Shown: positions 18,842 through 25,928 of the stretch, piece by piece
Position numbering within the stretch: the stretch's first letter is position 1
Layout of the letters: every line of letters begins with the position of its first letter
Source: an uncultured Clostridium sp.
Lineage (GTDB): Bacteria > Bacillota > Clostridia > TANB77 > CAG-508
Assembly (NCBI GenBank): GCA_947571115.1
Contig: CANOWW010000003.1
Span: forward strand, 81,293-145,292
Reading direction: 5' to 3'
DNA length: 64,000 bases
Made by a program: the position numbers and the translations under genes
Notes under the pieces: generated by a model
What the model was told of the DNA's origin: nothing
Databases searched by the model: none
The model's input: the letters and a program-made list of their open reading frames with translations, nothing else

Positions 18842-19243
18842 CTAGCATTCCTTCTTAAAATTTACCCATTCGCCCCAATATTCTCTTGTCATAAATCGAT
18901 TAATTTGTTCCCAATGCGGTAAATCTATCATTAGAATAACTTTATTAAAGATTTCTTCATTATATTTCGAATTACAAATAAAATCATCTTTCATCCCCTG
19001 TGGCACAGTAAAATTTCCAACATACAACAAGTCTAAAATAGCTCTTATATGGTTAGCAACATTATATTTTTCAGTATGCTCAGGAATGGCCTTATTTTTC
19101 TCAATTCCATAATCGCCCCATAATGAATTATCCGATTCTAATATATGTGGCTTTTCCCATTGAATTCCACTTGCATGCCAATCTCCACAAGTTTCTAAAC
19201 TACATGGAATATTTAAAGCATGAATTAATGATATATATTTCAT
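18842..19243 (-). CDS. Hypothetical protein
   Basis: Likely start at MKYISL, with RBS AGGAG 6 nt upstream. 133 aa, Trp/His-rich, no family recognised. Confidence 0.45.
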   Translation of the reverse strand: MKYISLIHALNIPCSLETCGDWHASGIQWEKPHILESDNSLWGDYGIEKNKAIPEHTEKYNVANHIRAILDLLYVGNFTVPQGMKDDFICNSKYNEEIFNKVILMIDLPHWEQINRFMTREYWGEWVNFKKEC

Positions 19244-19388
19244 TTTTTCTCCTATCTTATATTTAAAATAACATAAATACACTAATTTTACAAATATTGA
19301 TTTTCTAATAATGGTTTATTTGAAAATTTTATTTCAATGCATATAATCACGTGGACAAAATCAGATAGATTTCGTCTACGATTCACTT

Positions 19389-20688
19389 TCAAATCAAAAA
19401 TGTCGCATATAACGGTACAGACTTTATATTATTCTCAAACCCAAAATTCTTGGTTGAAATTCTAATCCCATATTTCGGTTTATTCTCTCTCATATATATA
19501 TTTAAACTAGTTGATTTTACATTACTTCCACTTTTTACCTCCACTGGTATAATTCCATCCTCATTATATAGGATAAAATCCACTTCAGCATTTCTTCCAT
19601 ATGTCCAATAATATAAGGATGTATCTTTCGATATAAATTCCTGTGCAATATAATTTTCCGTAATTGCCCCTTTAAATGCAAACGGTCTTTCTAACATAAT
19701 ATCTGGATATTTGATTTCTGAAATTGATGTTAATAATCCTACATCACTTAAATACAATTTAAACATATTCTCATCTACATAAACTTTTAGCGGTATTTCA
19801 GGCCTTTTTATTTTGTAACTTGCTAAAACCATTCCACTTGATACTAGCCATTCAATCGGTGTTTCATATTTCCTTTTTCTACCTTCTTCATCAATTAAAT
19901 GATATCGAAATGTTTTTTTATCTTTCGCCAATTGACTTGGTATATTTTTATATACCTTTTCAATCTTTACAGACTCAATATTACTTTTTACATATTTCTT
20001 CATATCTGCAATATACATCTCAATAATATTGGATGTTATCTGCGAATCATATTTTAAGATATCCATATCATTTTCTATAAAATTATTGACTGACTCTGGC
20101 ATCCCTCCCACGCATAAATATTGCTTATACAAGGTAAGTGCTTGCTCATGCGCAAAAGAAGGCATTGCCTCCATATTAGAATAACACTCTTTTATTTTCT
20201 CTAATAACATTTCTTTTCCAGTAGCCATTAAAAACTCTTCAAAATTCATTGGATACATATATTCCATTCTTATTTTTCCAACCGGAAATGAACTATTAAA
20301 TCGATTTATTTTTACTCCCAACAAACTACCAGCACATACAATTTTATATGGTCTTACCGATTCATTAAAATACTTAAGCGAAACAATAAAATTTTCACTT
20401 ACCTGAACTTCATCAAAAAATAATAACGTTTTGTCTAAATCTATCTTTTTACCAATATACAATTCAAGTTCTTCCAATATTTTTTCTTCATCAATCGTTT
20501 TTTCAAAAATATCTCTTATTTCTTTATCTTTTTCCAAATTAAAATATAGATAATCTTCAAAATTTTCTCTTCCAAACTTATCAATTGTATAAGTTTTACC
20601 AATTTGTCTTACTCCGAATTACCATTAATGGCTTTTGCATTCCAGATTCTTTCCAATCTAATAATTTCTTTTCAAATAATCGAATCAT
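19389..20688 (-). CDS. AAA ATPase with DUF4143-type C-terminus (COG1373-like); intact only with a +1 shift at the in-frame CGG 20614-20616, otherwise a pseudogene
   Basis: The upstream frame reads MIRLFEKKLLDWKESGMQKPLMVI-CGG. The +1 frame continues GVRQIGKTYTIDKFGRENFEDYLYFNLEKDKE... The paralogue at 54372-55694 has KPLILKGVRQSGKTWLL at the same place. Confidence 0.65.
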
Positions 20689-20883
20689 TCCAATTTCCCC
20701 CTATTTATTCTATTATTATCATAAAACAAAAAAATAGTCAACATTTTTGCCACTTTTTGTATTGTTTTTTGGAGTGATTTTGCCACTTTTTGCATATATC
20801 TTTCAGAAGTATTTGCCATAATTAGCTTCAGTATAACCGAATTTCTTTTTAAATTAAAATAGCATTAAATTCATTTATAGAAC

Positions 20884-21840
20884 CTAATGCTTTATTTTTA
20901 TATTATCTAATGTTCTTCTTAATCCTCGATATTTACCATTTACTGATATATCTGCAAAATTAGTTAAACCTATTATACTATTTTTGCTATGTAAATCTAT
21001 TTCCTTTTTTCTCACAAATTTAGTTTGACTTTTTATTTTGGATTTTATCTTATTAGGTATTACTAATTTATTGTTTGGAGAAATTACAAAACCTGTTACT
21101 TTCTTATATTCATTCACCCCATATCGTATAGTCTTTCCTTTACTTAAATTCTGTTTATGTTTTCTTATAATATTTTTTATTTCACTTTCTTCTTTTTGCG
21201 TAATATATCTATTTTCCGATGATACTGTTATATCATCTACATATATTGTACATTGTAGCTTATGTTTGTTAGTATATTCTATAATCTCATCAAACATATC
21301 TATATTCGCCAGATATGATAAAATTTGACTGGTTGGTGTTCCTGATGGCAAATGGTTAGTATTTTTTATTTTTTTCAATTTTAAAAATTCATATACTCCG
21401 TCTTCTATTTCTACATTTTTTTGTTCATAATTAACTGTAACTATATCTGTACAAATTGATGCAACATCCGAGCTCATTTTTAGTTTATTTTTAAAAAATT
21501 CATATAGTCTATTTCTGTGTGTGTTTGGAAAAAATTTACTCATATCTAACTTTAACATATATTTACAGTCAATATGATATATGGCATTACCAAATGCAGA
21601 CCTACCTTTAATTCCTGAAAATACATACTCTGGAAATTTTAATTGATATAATTTATTCAATATAATTCTTTGTATTTTTTTCAATTCTTCACTAGGCTTT
21701 TCTAATAATCTCTTTCCATCCTTTACACAAACCTTATATTTGTATAATACATCATTTATTTTTGCTTCATCTACATATAACAATGCATATAAATCTCTTT
21801 TTCTTTTGATTTTATATAATTCGCACTCTTTATAATTCAT
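20884..21840 (-). CDS. Retron-type reverse transcriptase
   Basis: 318 aa. RT motifs LPSGTPTSQILSYLANIDM and YVDDITVS, plus the retron-typical VTG motif (YKKVTGFVIS) near the C-terminus. Confidence 0.8.
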   Translation of the reverse strand: MNYKECELYKIKRKRDLYALLYVDEAKINDVLYKYKVCVKDGKRLLEKPSEELKKIQRIILNKLYQLKFPEYVFSGIKGRSAFGNAIYHIDCKYMLKLDMSKFFPNTHRNRLYEFFKNKLKMSSDVASICTDIVTVNYEQKNVEIEDGVYEFLKLKKIKNTNHLPSGTPTSQILSYLANIDMFDEIIEYTNKHKLQCTIYVDDITVSSENRYITQKEESEIKNIIRKHKQNLSKGKTIRYGVNEYKKVTGFVISPNNKLVIPNKIKSKIKSQTKFVRKKEIDLHSKNSIIGLTNFADISVNGKYRGLRRTLDNIKIKH

Positions 21841-21900
21841 TTTCTCTTTTCCTTTTATAAATAGACTTTTTCAAATCTATTTATAAAAAGAAAAGTTTAA

Positions 21901-22095
21901 TTAGTTTTTAGTGAAAAATTTAATAGTAAATTCTATACTGTCTTTCGTCTTTTTGATAATAAGTTTAGCTTTTACTATAATTCCAAAACCTATAATAAAC
22001 TTAGCTAAATTCATTACAAATTCTTCACTATAACCACAAGCTTTCCCAACTAACATTACTAAAACTACAAAAACAAATTGTTTTGGAATCTTCAT
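21901..22095 (-). CDS. Small two-helix membrane protein between the candidate retron RNA and the RT
   Basis: 64 aa. Hydrophobic segments FVFVVLVMLVG and FIIGFGIIV. Strong RBS AAGGAGG 10 nt upstream of the ATG. Confidence 0.5.
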   Translation of the reverse strand: MKIPKQFVFVVLVMLVGKACGYSEEFVMNLAKFIIGFGIIVKAKLIIKKTKDSIEFTIKFFTKN

Positions 22096-22145
22096 AATCG
22101 TTACACCTCCTTTTTTATAGATTAGAACTTATTTAATATAAAATA

Positions 22146-22450
22146 AGCGCCCCTCTATTTTCTAACCTTAGAAAGTGTACAGCTTGTTTGTGGTTCCTAA
22201 TTAAATTTCTGGGAGAGCCCCTCACAGGACAAGATATAAATAATCATCACCTTATATAGATTATTATTTATATGTCTTTTATTGCTTATATACTTTATAG
22301 TCCTGATAATGCTCTCTTTTGTGTTTAAGTCTATCTATAATATATTAATCTATAGCTAGTCCAAACAAAAATATGCGGAAAATACTTTTACAAGTATTTT
22401 CTTCACTATTTCTAGCCAAAATGGGGCTAAATTTCGAGCCTCGTTGAGAA
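22146..22450 (-). ncRNA. Candidate retron msr/msd non-coding RNA
   Basis: It lies downstream of a consensus promoter and upstream of the RT. A 10-bp hairpin sits at 22378-22401. A long composite stem spans 22211-22316 (gggagagc/gctctc, caggac/gtcctg, AT-rich inner stem). A possible a1/a2 pairing is GCCCCAUUUU (22418-22427) with AAAAUAGAGGGGC (22149-22161), with GG directly 3' of a1. Confidence 0.4.
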
Positions 22451-22457
22451 TAATTAC

Positions 22458-22486
22458 ATTATATATTGCATAATTTAAAATGTCAA
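22458..22486 (-). promoter_or_regulatory. Consensus sigma-A promoter driving the retron region
   Basis: Minus strand reads TTGACA, a 17-nt spacer, then TATAAT, both hexamers perfect. Confidence 0.65.
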
Positions 22487-23036
22487 TATTCAATAAATTA
22501 AATTTTTATTATTTTTTAATCATTACTATTCTTATAGTAATAGATTTTAATTTTGATTCAAAAAATCAAAAATTATATTCGTAGGCAACCGTTTCTCAAA
22601 ATGAACAATAAATTTCATTTTGAGATTTACAAAAAGCACAATACTTTTTTTCAATCACTTTAGCCCCAATAGACACCGTCGGTCATTCGCCTCGTTTCAT
22701 AGATAGTCTAATAAGTATCTCATTGATACTATAATTGCTAATTACTTATATCGTAATCTTTGTTCATCCTTGTCCAAACTTTTTACAATTATAAATCCAC
22801 ATCCAAGTTTTGCCTCCGAATACTCTTTTATTATTGTGAGCCTATGTTCAAAAATCTCACTTACGCACTTTACATTAATAGACTGTTAACGTTTATACGG
22901 ATTGATTTTATAGCATCGGCTCATCACACCTATCACTTTTATAGAGTTTGTGGCATTTCTCTTTTCAATAAAAAAAGAAGCTTGTATTTTATTCTTACAA
23001 ACTTCTTTCTCATTATCCTATTCAATTATTTATCTA

Positions 23037-23104
23037 ATCACCAACCCAAACCTCACAACCGGATTCTTCTCCGCCAAGAAAACTTTCTTAATCTCAATAC
23101 TTTC
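23037..23104. repeat. Copy 2 of the 68-bp direct repeat (at the true right end of the element)
   Basis: See 18729-18796. Here it is fused in frame to the spoIIID 5' segment (…ESIEIKKVFLAEKNPVVRFGLVIR*). Confidence 0.85.
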
Positions 23105-23142
23105 TGGAAATATTTGACTTTCTCTCCAACCGTTCTTTTGTG

Positions 23143-23158
23143 TTACATCCATATGTAC
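23143..23158. other. attR-type junction core
   Basis: TTACATCCATATGTAC. To its left, CCAACCGTTCT (23126-23136) is the inverted partner of AGAACGGTCGG (5069-5079). Together they would form a symmetric attP after excision. Confidence 0.65.
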
Positions 23159-23354
23159 TGTACTTTTACTGATTCCAAATCTCTTTGCTGCTCCTCGTAC
23201 AGTATCCTTTGTATCTATTATATATTGAGCAAGTTTAATTGCTCTTTCTTCAATTGACATTCCCTTCATTCTGATAACCCCCAAACAAATACATTTGCTT
23301 AATTGTATTCGTTTAAAAGTTGTCTTAGAACTATCTCTTTTTCACTTCAACACT

Positions 23355-23927
23355 TTATTCGTAATCCTCTAAAATGGCACTTAATTTTCCTTCTCCAAAA
23401 ACTGGAATTCCCTCCTCCAATTTGCCAATATCCTCTTCTGGCAAATAGTCCTTTGAAATGTCTGTCGCCTGATATTGATTCAGCTCCCCTAAAGTTCCCA
23501 CTCGATAAATATTGACCAAATCATTATCCAACTTAATCAAAAAATGCTGATTACAATAGCCATCAATTTCCTTTGTCAAAACCAATTGGTCCTTTGCAAA
23601 CTTCTCTACTTCCCAGCCTGCATAATATTCCTCCACTTCTTCCTGCGTTAGATTGACAAGTTCGTGTGGAAGTTCCGCTTCCTCATAATCAAAATGACTG
23701 CATTCATCATAATATTTTTTTAGCGCAAATGTTGCATTGGGAGAAACTTTTTCCTCTGAACTCGCCGTTGTAACAACTGTATTCTCTTTTTCTGGAACAT
23801 TTTGCACTTCGTTTGCCGCCTTCGCCTCACTTATATTCGGCGTTCTCTTTAACACTCCCACAATGCCCCCTATCACTGCTGCAATCAAAACTACTAAAAT
23901 TACAATATAAAGATATTCTTTTCTCAT
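23355..23927 (-). CDS. BofC-like sporulation protein (membrane-anchored)
   Basis: Likely start at MRKEYLY with an N-terminal TM. YYAGWEVEKFAKDQLVLTKEIDG and LDNDLVNIYRVG...LPEEDIGKLEEGIPV...LEDYE resemble the two BofC domains. Confidence 0.45.
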   Translation of the reverse strand: MRKEYLYIVILVVLIAAVIGGIVGVLKRTPNISEAKAANEVQNVPEKENTVVTTASSEEKVSPNATFALKKYYDECSHFDYEEAELPHELVNLTQEEVEEYYAGWEVEKFAKDQLVLTKEIDGYCNQHFLIKLDNDLVNIYRVGTLGELNQYQATDISKDYLPEEDIGKLEEGIPVFGEGKLSAILEDYE

Positions 23928-23968
23928 AATACTCACCTTCGCTAGTATTATGGGCAAATTTTGGCAAA

Positions 23969-24466
23969 TTATACAAAATAATTACTAATTTCTTCTAATC
24001 CCTTAAATTCACATTGTCTAAAAATATCATACGCCACAATCGCAACTGAATTTGACAAATTCAGCGAACGCAACCCCTCTTTCATAGGAATTCGCATTGT
24101 TTTATCTATGTATTTTTGCAAAATATCTTCTGGTAAACCTTTGGTTTCCTTTCCAAAAAGAATAAAAACTTCATCTAATGTGGAATAATCAAAATCAGAA
24201 TAAACCTGTTTTCCCTTTGTCGTCACAAAAAACATATTTTTCTCTTCTGGCTGATATTTCTTTAAAAAAGCCTCAAAATTCAAATGCTCCTCGATTTCCA
24301 ATTTGTCCCAATAGTCCAAACCTGCCCTTTTTACTTGCTTTTCCGAAATCGAAAATCCCAGCGGATACACCAAATGTAACTTTGCCCCTAACGCTGCACA
24401 AGTTCTTGCAATATTTCCTGTATTTTGTGGAATTTCAGGCTCCACCAGCACAATATGTAATTTCAT
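23969..24466 (-). CDS. trmL: SpoU/TrmL-type tRNA 2'-O-methyltransferase
   Basis: Likely start MKLHIVLVEPEIPQNTGNIARTCAALGAKLHLV. C-terminal SLNLSNSVAIVAYD is the SPOUT knot motif. Confidence 0.8.
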   Translation of the reverse strand: MKLHIVLVEPEIPQNTGNIARTCAALGAKLHLVYPLGFSISEKQVKRAGLDYWDKLEIEEHLNFEAFLKKYQPEEKNMFFVTTKGKQVYSDFDYSTLDEVFILFGKETKGLPEDILQKYIDKTMRIPMKEGLRSLNLSNSVAIVAYDIFRQCEFKGLEEISNYFV

Positions 24467-24507
24467 TTCTTCTCCTTTTCTATGTAACAAGGACGTTTTT
24501 CACGCCC

Positions 24508-25282
24508 CTACAAGTCCCCCAAACGATAATAATAAGATTTTACCCCGTTTAGCAAACTTTCCACATATATCTGATTTTTATTTTCCTCTTCAATAATCAT
24601 ATTCGGATAATTAATCAGTATTTTTTCATTGTCATAATAATCGTTAATCAAACCAGCCAAATCGTCGCTTTTTTCTATTTGAGCATATTTTTCTTGAACT
24701 TGTGCTTTATTCGTAATATTCAAATTTTTCTCAGTCGCAATTCTGTAATAAAACACTTTCAAAGTATACGCTGTCAACACGGCATCTAAGCAAAAAAAGG
24801 CAACCAATAAGCCAACGCCAACTTTAAAACCATTTTTCTTTGGTTGCATTTTTTCAATCCATTTGTCCACAAAAGGGTTCACATACTTGATTAAAAAAAT
24901 CGCCAAAACGCCCCATGAAACTGCAAAAAACAAACATGTTCTTCCCTGAATATTGACTAAATAGTCAGAATAATCCCACCATTTGATACCAAACATTTTC
25001 TCACAAACAAAACTCATCAAATATTCCACAATTGCTCCGCAAAATCGCACCACCAAAAAATAATTTGACATTACTTTTTTCGCCTCGCAAAGCCAAAATC
25101 ATCACAATGGCACCAATTCCATAAATCGCACAAAATGGCCCATACAGAAAACTTTTTCTGCTCTCTAAAACCCCTTTTGTAAATAATCCAAACACAGTTT
25201 CTATGAAAAAACCTGCGATGCTATACAAAATCAAATACATAAAAATGGTCCAAATATCAATCTTTTTTACCGTTTTTTCCAT
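24508..25282 (-). CDS. COG4905-like polytopic membrane protein; intact only with a +1 shift at CGG 25037-25039
   Basis: The upstream frame ends ...FFGGAIL-CGG. The +1 frame continues GAIVEYLMSFVCEKMFGIKWWDYS, which matches the paralogue at 52723-53433 (…LIEYIAG…LWDYS). Confidence 0.6.
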
Positions 25283-25342
25283 ACACGAACACTCCTTTTG
25301 CCTTATTGTTCCAATTTGGCAAAAAAATATTCATGTTTGTTT

Positions 25343-25918
25343 CTAAATACAATGATTTTCTTTCAAAATTTCATAAACGCGATGAATTGGAAGCCCCAAA
25401 ACAGCCGGATAATCCCCATCTATTCTCTCAATAAACACCGCAAAAACGCCTTGTATCGCGTACGCTCCCGCACAAAAATAAGGTTTCTCTGTATCCACAT
25501 AATCCTCAATTTCCAAATCTGTCATTCGTTTCACGTAAACTGTATTTTGTGAAAGTTCCTTATAAACTTTAGTTTGTCCATTTTTCTGGATTAAAACTGC
25601 GATGCTTGTAAAAATTTTATGTGACTTTCCTTGAATTGTTTTTAGCATCTTAATAGCTTCTTCCCTCGATTTTGCTTTCCCAAATTTCTTCCCATCAACA
25701 ATCACTAGCGTATCTGAGCCAATCACACATCGGTCTCCAGCAGTTTTATCAAAAACCTCTTTCGCCTTTCCATAAGCAATTTCTTTGGACTGTTCTTCTA
25801 AGCTCAATGTACTATCCACTTTTTCGTCAAAATCGCTTACTATTACCTCATATGGAATTTTCGCCTGTTTCATCAAATCTTGTCTTCTTGGCGAACCCGA
25901 CGCTAAAATTATTTTCAT
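25343..25918 (-). CDS. maf: Maf nucleoside-triphosphate pyrophosphatase
   Basis: 191 aa. MKIILASGSPRRQDLM...GSDTLV...GAYAIQG. Confidence 0.9.
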   Translation of the reverse strand: MKIILASGSPRRQDLMKQAKIPYEVIVSDFDEKVDSTLSLEEQSKEIAYGKAKEVFDKTAGDRCVIGSDTLVIVDGKKFGKAKSREEAIKMLKTIQGKSHKIFTSIAVLIQKNGQTKVYKELSQNTVYVKRMTDLEIEDYVDTEKPYFCAGAYAIQGVFAVFIERIDGDYPAVLGLPIHRVYEILKENHCI

Positions 25919-25928
25919 CCTTCCTCCT

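Larger units (their letters stand above)
5048..23152. mobile_element. About 18.1-kb integrative intervening element inside spoIIID (skin-like), with defence-type cargo
   Basis: Bounded by the two halves of spoIIID and by matching 16-bp cores. A large serine recombinase sits at the left end, with lysogeny-like regulators (PadR, two XRE, HTH). No capsid, tail, terminase or lysis genes are present. Confidence 0.8.
23030..23269 (-). pseudogene. spoIIID: spoIIID 5' segment fused to 34 element-encoded codons
   Basis: RBS GGGGG, then MKGMSIEERAIKLAQYIIDTKDTVRGAAKRFGISKSTVH (SpoIIID HTH). Similarity ends at the att core and the frame runs into element sequence (MDVTQKNGWRES...VIR*). Confidence 0.85.

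Noticed and set aside
22166-22200. Possible third copy of the ParB-flanking motif (ccacaaacaagctgt on the minus strand)
   Set aside because: Only about 12 nt resemble CACAAACAGCAAGCTGT. The GCAGGATAAGCAC end and the full palindrome are missing, and the segment lies within the candidate retron RNA, so it is probably chance similarity.
22420-22671. 10-bp inverted repeat tggggctaaa / tttagcccca and the direct repeat tcg(ag)cctcgtt upstream of the retron promoter
   Set aside because: The second copies lie upstream of the consensus promoter, so they are unlikely to belong to the same RNA. There is too little evidence to call a second ncRNA.
5048-23152. Reading the intervening element as an intact prophage
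   Set aside because: I recognised no terminase, portal, capsid, tail or lysis genes. Only a recombinase, regulators, a replication-organiser-like protein and defence-type cargo are present.
22760-23257. 165-aa plus-strand ORF in the track
   Set aside because: It is antisense to the spoIIID 5' segment and the element's right end. Its composition is low-complexity and Phe/Leu/Tyr-rich, typical of AT-rich antisense frames, and it has no RBS.
23285-23354. Sigma-E type promoter upstream of the spoIIID 5' segment
   Set aside because: An ATACAAT-like -10 is present, but I could not place a convincing -35 at the right spacing, so no promoter is called.
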